A stretch of DNA of 64,000 nt, from positions 11,412 to 75,411 of the IMG/VR virus record IMGVR_UViG_3300048609_000068; one strand, given 5' to 3'. The position numbers were made by a program, and so were the translations under genes. Within the stretch, counting starts at the first letter, position 1. Every line of letters starts with the position of its first letter. Origin of the DNA: a virus (taxonomy: Duplodnaviria; Caudoviricetes). Shown here piece after piece: positions 28,356 to 37,920 of this stretch. The notes beneath the pieces were generated by a model. The model was not told where the DNA came from. It searched no databases and saw only the letters and a program-made list of their open reading frames with translations.

Positions 28356-31036
28356 ATAAACTTTTGTTTATCTTTAGTTTTCTGTTTTCTTTGTTTGTTC
28401 AGGCTGCTGGACATAAGGTTTACGATGCGACTTTTGGTGGATCTCGAATTAGTGGGTATATACATAACTGGACAATAGCTGAGTATTCAGGAGAAATAGA
28501 CCCGAGTACGGGATACTTGATCGACAAGAGTGGTGTTCGCACGCTTCCAAATGGTCAACCGAAACCACAGCATGATCTTGCCCCAACAGGTGCGCCAACT
28601 ACGGCGATTTCTACATTGAGAAAACAGGATGGGAATTATTGGAGAGGAAGAAGTTTTGACGGCGCTACGCAGTATTACTCAAGGACACATCATGTAAATT
28701 TTAATATTTTTGATGGGGATTTTACTATAACTGTTGTATTTTTATCGCCTACTACCGCTGCTGGTACTGATTCAATTATTCAACATTCATCTGTTCTTCA
28801 TGATGGAGCAACATTATACGTCGGACAGTCAGGTGACTTCGCATTAGAAATTGATAATGATAGTTTAGTCCCAGTATATAAAACTATTTCCACTCCTGCT
28901 ATATATCACGATGGAAAATATCACGTCGGACAAGTAGTGAGGAAAAGTAATAAATGTTTTGTTAGCGTAGATGGAACCAGAACTGCTTCTGTTGATGTTA
29001 CTGGATATGGTAAAGACGGAACGAGAGTTGTATACTTAGGCGGTCTTGGAACCTATACTGGCAACATTGCCTACTTCCGCCTCGACGCCGAAGCCCTTCC
29101 TGATGAAGTCTTAGAATTTGAGCGTCAAGCCCTGATGGGGTATGCATCTTCCACGTCGATGAAAGTTCCTCCTGCATTCGTTCGAGCTTCTGCTGGTTAC
29201 ACGAATGTTCAAGGGAATCTCCATTCCAGAATGAACAACGCTCCCAGGATTCAAACAGATGGTTCTATCCTGATCGAAGAAGGAAGAACCAACTATATGA
29301 CGTATTCAAATGCGCTCAACCAGTGGACAAAACTAAACGCTGGTGATTCTTTCTCGACCACGAACACGACTCCGGAAACAACCGCAGACGGTTATGGCAT
29401 CATTGGTGCTGCTGCAAATGTGGACCATGGAATCACCCGAGCAACGGCTGCGCTCACTGCTGTTAACCATACGCTTTCTTTTTATGCAAAACAAGGAACG
29501 CATCCTTGGGTTTATTTTGCGGATACAACAGTTGCAACTGCGACTGGATATTTCGATCTGAGCCGTGGAAAATTTGGTACATTAGGCGCGGGATGGGTTA
29601 TCACCCCGACTTTTGACACCAATGCAAATGGATGGTACAGGATCAAGGCCCCATTCCTTGGAACGGTAGCAACGCACACGATCCAGTTGAGTCCAGCAGA
29701 TGCAGATCTGGACAAGACAACCACGGGTGACGGCGCGAGCACCATGACTGCAATGTGGAACGTCCAGGTTGAAGCTGGATCGCATGCGACATCTCCGATC
29801 ACAACGGCCGCTGTGACAGCAGCGAGAGCTGCTGATGACTATACAGCAATTCCTTGGGAGCTGAACGTCAATGCAATTCGGACAGGGACGGAGACTTGGT
29901 GGACAGATTTCTCATCGGACGTTGCAACTACAGGTACGGTTTCTTTAGGCGGAAAGACATTTACACAAGTTGGAGACACGAAGCATGTCTATGGTCCAGA
30001 TTTGGGGCATAGGTATGACTTTGATGGAACTGGGGATTATCTAACAATAGCAGACAATTCTTTCAATCCTGCGGGAAGTTTTAGTGTGGCGTTGGTGCTT
30101 ACTCCTTCTGTTTTGACTGCTGTAACTACTTATATGATGGCAGTCAAAGCAGGAAATGTTGGAGATGTCGGATGGTATATATATGCGTATGGAGATGGTA
30201 TCTATTTTGAATTTTCAAAGACAGGAACTGGAACGAACTACACTTCAAAAGCCACGTCTCTTACGGTTGGAAAAACAAGTCTTATAACTTTTACATATAC
30301 CTACAGCGGTCATCCTGACTTATCAGATAGTAGATTGGATATCTACGTTGACGGTTTAGTAGTTGCTTCAAAAACGGATTGTTATGGTCCAGTATATGCT
30401 TCAAGTGCTGCATTTTCTATTGGGGCGAAAGCAACAGGACTAAATGCTTATAACGGCAAACTCCACTTCTTATCTTTCCACAATGGAACAGTGTTGACCC
30501 AAGCACAGCACAATACCGCCTACGCGAATTTCAAAAAAGGTGGGATTCTTCCGTTGACTATTAGCAGCACGAGCGCAAGGAAAAAGCTGTATGTGGAATT
30601 TGAGGCTAGGGCGGAATGGAGTGGCTCTACTAATATAGGTGTAACGAGAAGTCTGTTAGAAATAGGTGGCCTTACTGGAGTATCCGCTGCGACACGAAAT
30701 AGATTATTGTTATATTTTAGTACTGCTACAAGTAAGTTTTATGCAACAGTTTATTCCAATGGAACAATTGAACATTCACTTGTGAGTAATGCTGCAGACC
30801 CAATAGATTTTTCCAAGTGGCATAGGTATCAATACTATTTTGATGCTACGAATTTGGCCAACTCGTATCTGAAAGTAGATGGTTCAACAACTGGATTTAC
30901 TGCTACCGTCGGTACTATGACTGGCGCAACGACATTATACTTACAAGATACTAAAATTCGTCTTGGCCAAGGTTACGCCAGTAACATTAATGGCAATTCT
31001 GAAATCAAAAACGTAAGAATCCTCACATACGAATAA
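28352..31036 (+). CDS. LamG lectin fibre protein C with predicted signal peptide
   Basis: GTG start overlaps upstream TGA; MNKLLFIFSFLFSLFVQA-AG; same LamG-fibre-LamG layout as A. Confidence 0.7.
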   Translation: MNKLLFIFSFLFSLFVQAAGHKVYDATFGGSRISGYIHNWTIAEYSGEIDPSTGYLIDKSGVRTLPNGQPKPQHDLAPTGAPTTAISTLRKQDGNYWRGRSFDGATQYYSRTHHVNFNIFDGDFTITVVFLSPTTAAGTDSIIQHSSVLHDGATLYVGQSGDFALEIDNDSLVPVYKTISTPAIYHDGKYHVGQVVRKSNKCFVSVDGTRTASVDVTGYGKDGTRVVYLGGLGTYTGNIAYFRLDAEALPDEVLEFERQALMGYASSTSMKVPPAFVRASAGYTNVQGNLHSRMNNAPRIQTDGSILIEEGRTNYMTYSNALNQWTKLNAGDSFSTTNTTPETTADGYGIIGAAANVDHGITRATAALTAVNHTLSFYAKQGTHPWVYFADTTVATATGYFDLSRGKFGTLGAGWVITPTFDTNANGWYRIKAPFLGTVATHTIQLSPADADLDKTTTGDGASTMTAMWNVQVEAGSHATSPITTAAVTAARAADDYTAIPWELNVNAIRTGTETWWTDFSSDVATTGTVSLGGKTFTQVGDTKHVYGPDLGHRYDFDGTGDYLTIADNSFNPAGSFSVALVLTPSVLTAVTTYMMAVKAGNVGDVGWYIYAYGDGIYFEFSKTGTGTNYTSKATSLTVGKTSLITFTYTYSGHPDLSDSRLDIYVDGLVVASKTDCYGPVYASSAAFSIGAKATGLNAYNGKLHFLSFHNGTVLTQAQHNTAYANFKKGGILPLTISSTSARKKLYVEFEARAEWSGSTNIGVTRSLLEIGGLTGVSAATRNRLLLYFSTATSKFYATVYSNGTIEHSLVSNAADPIDFSKWHRYQYYFDATNLANSYLKVDGSTTGFTATVGTMTGATTLYLQDTKIRLGQGYASNINGNSEIKNVRILTYE

Positions 31037-31045
31037 GGAATCCCA

Positions 31046-31273
31046 ATGCTTACATTCAAACTAAAATGGACCGACGAAACCAAAACCATTGAAGACGAGT
31101 TCACCTACGATAATGCATTGGACCTTTTCTATAACTCATATGGTTTCCTCGTTGCAAGGGAAGATCTGAAGAAGGTACTCAATACAAAGATGACTCCAGC
31201 AGAAAAGGCTGCTGTAACGAATCCCGTGATGGTAGCAATTACAGGAGAAGCCGTGCAAATGACAGAGGAGTAG
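31046..31273 (+). CDS. Small hypothetical protein (possible fibre chaperone)
   Basis: AAGGA SD; 75 aa directly after a fibre gene. Confidence 0.5.
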   Translation: MLTFKLKWTDETKTIEDEFTYDNALDLFYNSYGFLVAREDLKKVLNTKMTPAEKAAVTNPVMVAITGEAVQMTEE

Positions 31274-31276
31274 CAG

Positions 31277-32182
31277 ATGCCATTCTGGAAAGAACCATAC
31301 AGGGTACGACGTTCTACAAGGGTACTCTCTTATGCTGTGAATCAAATCCATCAAATGCTCAGCTATGGTGGAGAGACCACTTACCTGCTCAAGCGGCTTG
31401 CACGTTCCAATTCTCCTTTCCAGATGGCAGACCGTAGGGTCTCCACGATCACTCAAGTAGCAAGTTCTTACTCAACGGATCCAGATACAGGATCCATTCG
31501 ATTCAAAATCTGGGGAGCAAACACAGACGATCCAACAGTGTTTCCAGACCTCGGCACGCTGACCGCGACAGTCCAGGCTTCCGGTGGAGCAACGATCTGG
31601 GAGAACGCCTACGATAAATATTCTTTCATCACAGACCGCACAGAATATGCTTTCGATCTTTATCAAGACAGACTGGATTCTACAGGGACGGATATTGAAG
31701 ATTCGGTTTACATCGTGTTCAACACCCCTCCATTTAGTTTTTCAAGTTTAGCTGTTCTTAGTTATGGGACGATCAACCCTCTGACCAATTTCCAAGGGAT
31801 GCAACCGTATCGGGACAATCAACCTTCTTACCAATATTCTTTATTTGGATTTGAACAGTGGTTGGATCCAACAGTTCATATCCGAAGGAGGGTAACTCCG
31901 CACGCAATGCTTCTAGCTTTTCCCGGTGTCTTGGCAGATTTCAAGGTCACCGAAAGTGGTCTGTTAAGAGAGCAGCGTGGGGCCTTTTTCACAAGTCCTC
32001 CTCCTTATTCGCCTTCGGTCCAGGAATTCGACGTGATTGTACGAAAATCGACAAGTGAACGTTACCAAGTGATCGATCGCACACAAATATTCTTGGAGGA
32101 CATTCTCGTTCAGCAGCAATTTAATATGCACGCACTGGATCCAAGGTCGAGTATTTACAGTATTCCGATCGTGACAAGTTAG
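31277..32182 (+). CDS. Head-closure/neck protein
   Basis: C-terminal PSVQEFDVIVRKSTSERYQV...QQQFNM..LD...IY.IP pattern of head-closure proteins; two genes before the sheath. Confidence 0.55.
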   Translation: MPFWKEPYRVRRSTRVLSYAVNQIHQMLSYGGETTYLLKRLARSNSPFQMADRRVSTITQVASSYSTDPDTGSIRFKIWGANTDDPTVFPDLGTLTATVQASGGATIWENAYDKYSFITDRTEYAFDLYQDRLDSTGTDIEDSVYIVFNTPPFSFSSLAVLSYGTINPLTNFQGMQPYRDNQPSYQYSLFGFEQWLDPTVHIRRRVTPHAMLLAFPGVLADFKVTESGLLREQRGAFFTSPPPYSPSVQEFDVIVRKSTSERYQVIDRTQIFLEDILVQQQFNMHALDPRSSIYSIPIVTS

Positions 32183-32191
32183 GGAGATTCC

Positions 32192-32803
32192 ATGCCCATC
32201 GAAACTTACTATCGTGGAGTAAACTTCATCAAGCAATATATGGTTCATTACCTGAATTCTATATTTCTTGCATCCGCAAAAGGACAAATATTATTTACGA
32301 ATGGGTTCAAGAAGATAAAGTTCTCCGCAACGCCACAAGTGATTCGGCGGGCAAGTTGGGATTTTAGAAATCTTCCTTCTGTTTTAATTGGTTCGGTTCG
32401 CGGGTCTTACAAGTACATGAGCACATCTAAAGATTATTTGAGTGAGAATACCGCTGATGATGCATCGCAGTATCGATTTTTTGGTGGTGACTTACGATCG
32501 ACGCTTGACATGGAAGTTCGAGCAACCACGTTAGATGAAAAAGAAAATTTGACGGATATTGTCTGTGTTTATTTAGCCCATCCTGATGCCAAAGACTTTT
32601 TTGACAGGCACGCAATCGTCATAGAACATCCTCCAGTCATTGGAGCAGAACGGGACATCCATGAACCGAATATCGATCATCCAATTTATGGGACAGCTAT
32701 CTCCATTGATTTGATCTCTCCTTGGCAGATTAAAGAGCCTTTGGAACCAAGATTGATCGATATTGTTTCCGAGCTTACTTTGGAAGTTTCACTGGATCTC
32801 TAA
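32192..32803 (+). CDS. Tail terminator/completion protein
   Basis: Directly upstream of sheath; LPSVLIG...DMEVRATTLDEKENLTD pattern. Confidence 0.55.
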   Translation: MPIETYYRGVNFIKQYMVHYLNSIFLASAKGQILFTNGFKKIKFSATPQVIRRASWDFRNLPSVLIGSVRGSYKYMSTSKDYLSENTADDASQYRFFGGDLRSTLDMEVRATTLDEKENLTDIVCVYLAHPDAKDFFDRHAIVIEHPPVIGAERDIHEPNIDHPIYGTAISIDLISPWQIKEPLEPRLIDIVSELTLEVSLDL

Positions 32804-32888
32804 GATTCTTTCGTTTGTTAAACTATTTCCTCGTTAAAATAATAACATTATCCATAGTCTTGATGCAGATTTTGAGGAGAACTTCCAT

Positions 32889-34262
32889 ATGGCCATTCGC
32901 ATTCCTGGCGTCATAGTCCGGATTGTCAACGATACTGGAATTGTTGCCCCTCCTCTTTATCAGCGTTACCCTGTCATTATTGGTTTAGGTGACGCCTACC
33001 GGCAGGTGTCCGACCAGGAAGTGGTCCGAAGTTTAGGAAGTGTTGATACGATTCCGGCCAGTAGCCCGATCAATAGCATTGTGTCCGTTGGCGACCTTCC
33101 TGGGATTGCAAGTTATACCTCCGGAACGGATTATTCCCTCTACGGAACAAGCTATATTTCTTGGACGCCAGGTGGATCGGCCCCAACGACGGGTGATTCT
33201 TTCTTCGTTACTTATACTGAAAACCGTCCAGCGTCTGCTTATACCCCCACTCTTTACTTAGACGAGAATTTGATCTACGCGGATCATGGGAATGCGTCCA
33301 TGACCAATGGCGTGATCAATGACGTCTCCGTGGGTGGATCGCTTGCTCTGAACGCTGGAGCTTTCGGTGTGATCATTGCTCAACTGGACCTCAGGGCAGC
33401 CGTGGACCCGGATGCGCCGACTCTTTCCGAGCTGGAGACCGCGTTCATTGCGATGAGGACGGAGCTCGAAAAGATCACTGACTACAAGCTGCTCCTTGTT
33501 CCGATGTCTTCAGGGACCTTGAACACGACAACGGCAGCGGACATCTTCTTCAATCAAGCCGTCATCCTGTCTCAGCCCGAGTACAAGCAAGAGAGGACGG
33601 TCATAGCGGCTCTTGGGAAGGGCACGGGTTACCAGGCAGCTGCGACCTATGCCCAGAACTACGCGCACGAGCGTATGGTGGTTCCTGTCGTTCCAGACGC
33701 CACTGTGACGGTGACTGGTCAGGGAACGACGACCTACGATATGCGTTTCTACAACGCTGCGCTGGCTGGGAAGCTTTGTTCTGTTCCGATTGGAAGGACC
33801 ATTTCCGACGAAATTATCCCGAACATTTCTTTCGAGGACAATTTCACTCGAAAGCAAGGTGATTATCTTGTTCAGCGGGGTGTGTCTCCTGGAAAGATTT
33901 CTGGGAGCGTCGTCCGGAATATTTTGGCAATCACGACGGACACGACTTCTGCACTGACAGAGGATTTGGGAGTGCAGGACACCGCGGATTACATTAAAAA
34001 ATCATGGAGAGAAGGTCTCTGGAGAGTTTATAAAAACTCCCCAGTCAATACTGAATTATTACGTTCTGTTCTCCAAACGTCAAAAAAGTTGCTTAGCTAC
34101 CATATTACCGAGGAAGGGATCATTTCTGACTTTCGTCGGGTGGCAATTCGTCAGGATACGGTAGAATCCCGCAGACTTTATGCGTCTGCTCAAGTAATGC
34201 CTGCATTTTGTATGCAGTGGATGGATATCACGTTTACGTTTGTTCTTAGTTTTTCTTCGTAG
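32889..34262 (+). CDS. Contractile tail sheath protein
   Basis: MAIRIPGVIVRI N-terminus; sheath C-terminal motifs (LVQRGVSP...ITTD...GVQDTADYIKKSWR...IRQD.....QVMPAFCMQWMDITF). Confidence 0.88.
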   Translation: MAIRIPGVIVRIVNDTGIVAPPLYQRYPVIIGLGDAYRQVSDQEVVRSLGSVDTIPASSPINSIVSVGDLPGIASYTSGTDYSLYGTSYISWTPGGSAPTTGDSFFVTYTENRPASAYTPTLYLDENLIYADHGNASMTNGVINDVSVGGSLALNAGAFGVIIAQLDLRAAVDPDAPTLSELETAFIAMRTELEKITDYKLLLVPMSSGTLNTTTAADIFFNQAVILSQPEYKQERTVIAALGKGTGYQAAATYAQNYAHERMVVPVVPDATVTVTGQGTTTYDMRFYNAALAGKLCSVPIGRTISDEIIPNISFEDNFTRKQGDYLVQRGVSPGKISGSVVRNILAITTDTTSALTEDLGVQDTADYIKKSWREGLWRVYKNSPVNTELLRSVLQTSKKLLSYHITEEGIISDFRRVAIRQDTVESRRLYASAQVMPAFCMQWMDITFTFVLSFSS

Positions 34263-34295
34263 CGTACAGACAGCTATTTGGTGGAGGATTGAATT

Positions 34296-34775
34296 ATGTC
34301 ATTAGATGCCCCTCCCGTTGCGCTTCCGGCTACGAAACACTCTGTATTTTATTCTTACGCTTTCTTAGTCGGTGGAAAGCCGATTGGGTCTGCAGAATCA
34401 ATAAATATCCGAGGAAGTCGTTTGGCGATTGAGCGCATTCGTGAAGTTTACTATTCGCATGGCCCGATTACGAGAGAGATTGTTTGGGGAGGAGTTGACA
34501 TCTCGATCGATGTTCGCCGCGTGGAGTTGTACGCTACGTCTTTGTATGCAGCGCTGGGTTTTGATGTTACCTCTCTTGAACAGATCAATGGAGCAATCGA
34601 TCTTCTTGAAGTGCGTTACCAAAGAACTGCTGATGGAACGGAAACAACTCGTGAAGTGTCGTATTATGACTGTGTTCCGTCAACATGGGGTCGTGACCTT
34701 GATATTGGAACTGCTCGGGTTATTGAAACAGTGACTTTGGAATGCACAACGATGATGGTGCATGGAAGTAGCTAA
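34296..34775 (+). CDS. Tail tube protein
   Basis: 159 aa after sheath; IERIREV..GPI..EIVWG..DISIDVRRVELY and YYDCVPSTWG...IETVTLEC. Confidence 0.8.
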   Translation: MSLDAPPVALPATKHSVFYSYAFLVGGKPIGSAESINIRGSRLAIERIREVYYSHGPITREIVWGGVDISIDVRRVELYATSLYAALGFDVTSLEQINGAIDLLEVRYQRTADGTETTREVSYYDCVPSTWGRDLDIGTARVIETVTLECTTMMVHGSS

Positions 34776-35314
34776 TGACTGCAGATCCTGAAATCAATCC
34801 AGCGGTATTTACGGTAGCTACCCAAAAAGAGGATGGAACAGTATCCGCGATTTTGGAGGATATGTTTTCTCTTGGGTACGCAAAGTCTGGCGAAGTTGTT
34901 GTGTACGAGGGTGAACAGGCTGGAAAAACGCTAAAGATTACCGCAGAATTCCGTACAGTGCTGCCAGCTGAAATTCGTGACATATTTGAGGAAGTTCAAA
35001 AGTATCCGAGCTTTCTTGGTGGTTTTGTGACGGAGCAAATCGAGACTTTGGCAAGAGCGCTGATAAAAATAAATGGAATGCGTTTAGCCTTAGATCAGAA
35101 TGACCGCACTGATATGTTAAAAGAACTTGATACTACAAGTATTACACCATTGAATGAAGCCAGATATATTCTGATCAAGAAGATAAAGTCTGTGCATATG
35201 CTGGATGCTTTGTACGAGTCGTATAAGAAGTTTATTGATACCGTGCGTCAGAAATTTGAGGAGAGTAAAAAAAAATTAAATTCTCCCCCCTCTTCCAACT
35301 TGACCTCCGAGTAA
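34775..35314 (+). CDS. Tail assembly chaperone (G-like)
   Basis: Between tube and tape measure; ends ESKKKLNSPP across an A9 run. Confidence 0.7.
   Translation: MTADPEINPAVFTVATQKEDGTVSAILEDMFSLGYAKSGEVVVYEGEQAGKTLKITAEFRTVLPAEIRDIFEEVQKYPSFLGGFVTEQIETLARALIKINGMRLALDQNDRTDMLKELDTTSITPLNEARYILIKKIKSVHMLDALYESYKKFIDTVRQKFEESKKKLNSPPSSNLTSE
35267..35275 (+). promoter_or_regulatory. Predicted -1 programmed ribosomal frameshift site (A AAA AAA)
   Basis: A9 run in frame as AAA AAA AAA; the -1 frame is open from 35275 (IKFSPLFQLDLRV) straight into the ATG 35314 ORF. Confidence 0.75.
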
Positions 35315-35694
35315 TGCGCTATTTCAAGGTCCTTCCGACAGAGAATCGTTTTAAAAATCTTACCATCTATCAAAAATTGATTCTGTCTTCTTCAATAAAA
35401 GAAGAACAAGAAGATTACGCTGGTCTTATTGACCGTTCTCTTGACGTTTTGACACTGTACATTAATCCGAAATTATTTTCAGATACGCATAAGGATAAAG
35501 ACGATTATTCTAGAAAGAACTCGCAATTTGATATTCAGAGCAGAGTTGGGAAAGAGACAGGTAAGATGTATGTTCCGCAATCCTTAGCAGCCGCGATTAG
35601 GAAATCCGCTGAAGCAAAGAAGAAAATTCTTGAATCTGGATCGTTTAGACCTACTCCTCGGGGTAGCAAAGGTGGAACTCCAATACTGGGGTAA
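35314..35694 (+). CDS. Tail assembly chaperone C-terminal part (T-like; probably made as a G-T fusion)
   Basis: RYFKVLPTENRFKNLT..QK pattern; lacks its own clear SD; in the -1 frame of the upstream gene. Confidence 0.65.
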   Translation: MRYFKVLPTENRFKNLTIYQKLILSSSIKEEQEDYAGLIDRSLDVLTLYINPKLFSDTHKDKDDYSRKNSQFDIQSRVGKETGKMYVPQSLAAAIRKSAEAKKKILESGSFRPTPRGSKGGTPILG

Positions 35695-35697
35695 GCA

Positions 35698-37920
35698 ATG
35701 GCTGATGACTTTAAATTGACTCCAGATATTGAAGGTTTTTCTTCGGCTTTGTCACAGATGGACAAGAGCACACTGGAGGCCAATAGAAATTTTATTCAGT
35801 TTAATGCAAGTATGCAAGACTTTTCTGGAACACTTGGTGCGGTCAAACTTGCTCTTGCGGATTACGCTGATATAACTGCAAAAATGGGTAACGCTGAAAT
35901 CGTTTCAAATCAAGATTTAGCGAATATGTCTCAACTGAAGGATTTGTTAATGTCGGTTGGAGTTTCCCATAAAACTATAAATAAGGCAGTAGAACAAGCC
36001 GTCAAACTCCATGATAAAGAAATTGTTCAATACGAGAAACTAACATACAGGCAACGACAATTCGTTGAAGCAAAGAAAAAAGAACTTGAAGCTGCCAAAA
36101 AAGTGATGGAAATAAATGGAAAATTCTATGAGATGAACATCAAAGGAAACGCTTTTCAACAAAGTGCGACCTATGCAGTTGGTAAACGTGCATGGGGTGG
36201 AGCAAAAAGTGTTGCCTCCGCTGCTGGAATTCCGACAAGTATTCTTGGAATGCTTTCTTTTCTTGCTGATAAGGCTTTTTTTAGTCGTATGCGTGGTGCA
36301 ATGGGAATGCAACTTTCCCAACAATGGCTTCCTGGTACTAAATCAGGTGTTGGTGCTTCTAATGTCTACTATAGTCAGTACGCATTCAAGAAAGGGATCC
36401 AAGGAGCTGGTCAATATCAGATGCAGCTTGACAAAGCTGGGTTAGGTAAGATTGTTGGGGAACAAGGAAAAAATAGATTAGGCGCTGCCCAAGGAATGCG
36501 ACGAGGAATTGAGGCGCAAGATATCCTTTATGGATATGGTGGTGCATCGCATGTTTCTGACATGCTTGGTCTCATTAATGAAAGTACAGATCTTTTGATT
36601 CAGAAGGAAGAAAAAAAAGGAGACTTGGCAAATCAATATTTAAAGGATATGACAGACCTATCAAAATTGATACCGAATATGACTATGGATGAAGTTCGGG
36701 ATCAATTTGTTGAGCTTGGGACATCTGTCAAATCTTTTAATACGTCCTTGATGCACACAAAAATGTTGATGTTGGTTATGGATCGACAGGACTTGGCAAA
36801 GGATATTTTTGGAGTAGAAGCTCCTCTTTCCGTGAGAAAGGGACTGGCGTCGGAGATAGCACGGCAACCAGAAAGTATGCAGGTTGCTGTCCAAGCAGAA
36901 ATAGCAAAGAAAATTATTGCAACAAGAATGAAAGGAAGGCCGCCTGGGGAAATAAGCGCAGCTTTGAATAAGATGAATATTTCAGATCTTGCGTATTTTT
37001 TTAGAGGAGAAACGGAATTTCAGGGTAAAAAGGCAAATCCTTTTGAACGATTTCAAGGGGGATTGCAGTTTGCAGCTGAGAGATTTGGAGATGACCGTCT
37101 TAGACTTTCTATGGGTTTGCAGCAAGTTTTAGGTTATTCCCAACCAACTTCTGAATATTTAGCAAAGTCATTAAGTGATCCAGCTACCCGTAAAAAGGCG
37201 CTTAGTGGCAATCTTCCGGCAAGTGTTGCAGGAGGTATGGAACAGTTAGAAGCAGAAGCCAAGAAGAAACAAATATCAATAGATCGTGCGGAGGAACTAA
37301 GAAAAGCAAAGATGATCGCAGATCAGCTACAGCCTTTTGAAACATGGCTAAAGAACAGAATAGAAAAGTTTTTTGATGATCTTATGGCTACTGTTACGCA
37401 AAAATGGCAAGAATTTATGGATATGCTTCCTACTTTTGGTGCTTCTGATTCTAGAAAGGATATAAAGAAATCCTTGGTTCTTAGTGGGATGCCACCAGCA
37501 GCCGCAGAAAATGCGTCTAGAGTTCTTAATGCAACTTCTGAAATCGGAGACCCAGCGTATGCTGCATTTAAAAAGCAGCTTGAGAGAGAAGGTTTCGCTT
37601 ATGGGCTAGGTTCCATGGTTACTCCCCCTGGTCCTCCTGGACTCATGGGAAAATTGCTTCCGTCTCCTTCCCCTTATTTTCAACCTGCCCCTCGCTTTAG
37701 GGAAGCAATGGGAACTTTGTCGGAAGCAGAATTTAGTGACATACAGGGAAAAATGCTAAGTCCTGATGCACAAGTAAGAAGAGAAGTTTTTGAGGTACTT
37801 AAGTCCGTTCTAGGTAAAACAAACCGTAAATATAGGATAAAGCAGGCTGTTGATCATCAAACGGAAGAATCTACTGCATATGAAATAACACCTCGTTCAT
37901 TAGTACCGGGGAAGAACTAG
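35698..37920 (+). CDS. Tape measure protein
   Basis: 740 aa, helical Ala/Gly/Gln/Met-rich, after the chaperone pair. The ~0.15 nm/aa rule of thumb gives a tail of ~110 nm. Confidence 0.8.
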   Translation: MADDFKLTPDIEGFSSALSQMDKSTLEANRNFIQFNASMQDFSGTLGAVKLALADYADITAKMGNAEIVSNQDLANMSQLKDLLMSVGVSHKTINKAVEQAVKLHDKEIVQYEKLTYRQRQFVEAKKKELEAAKKVMEINGKFYEMNIKGNAFQQSATYAVGKRAWGGAKSVASAAGIPTSILGMLSFLADKAFFSRMRGAMGMQLSQQWLPGTKSGVGASNVYYSQYAFKKGIQGAGQYQMQLDKAGLGKIVGEQGKNRLGAAQGMRRGIEAQDILYGYGGASHVSDMLGLINESTDLLIQKEEKKGDLANQYLKDMTDLSKLIPNMTMDEVRDQFVELGTSVKSFNTSLMHTKMLMLVMDRQDLAKDIFGVEAPLSVRKGLASEIARQPESMQVAVQAEIAKKIIATRMKGRPPGEISAALNKMNISDLAYFFRGETEFQGKKANPFERFQGGLQFAAERFGDDRLRLSMGLQQVLGYSQPTSEYLAKSLSDPATRKKALSGNLPASVAGGMEQLEAEAKKKQISIDRAEELRKAKMIADQLQPFETWLKNRIEKFFDDLMATVTQKWQEFMDMLPTFGASDSRKDIKKSLVLSGMPPAAAENASRVLNATSEIGDPAYAAFKKQLEREGFAYGLGSMVTPPGPPGLMGKLLPSPSPYFQPAPRFREAMGTLSEAEFSDIQGKMLSPDAQVRREVFEVLKSVLGKTNRKYRIKQAVDHQTEESTAYEITPRSLVPGKN

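Noticed and set aside
20743-31036. Diversity-generating retroelement (TR/VR) among the near-identical LamG segments
   Set aside because: Differences between copies are mostly synonymous and not adenine-specific, and no reverse transcriptase or Avd gene is in the window.
7664-32888. A conserved late-promoter motif (e.g. GATGTAA, CGTTTGTTAA, TAATCC in several spacers)
   Set aside because: Short AT-rich matches at inconsistent spacing could be chance; needs MEME on all intergenic regions and TSS data.
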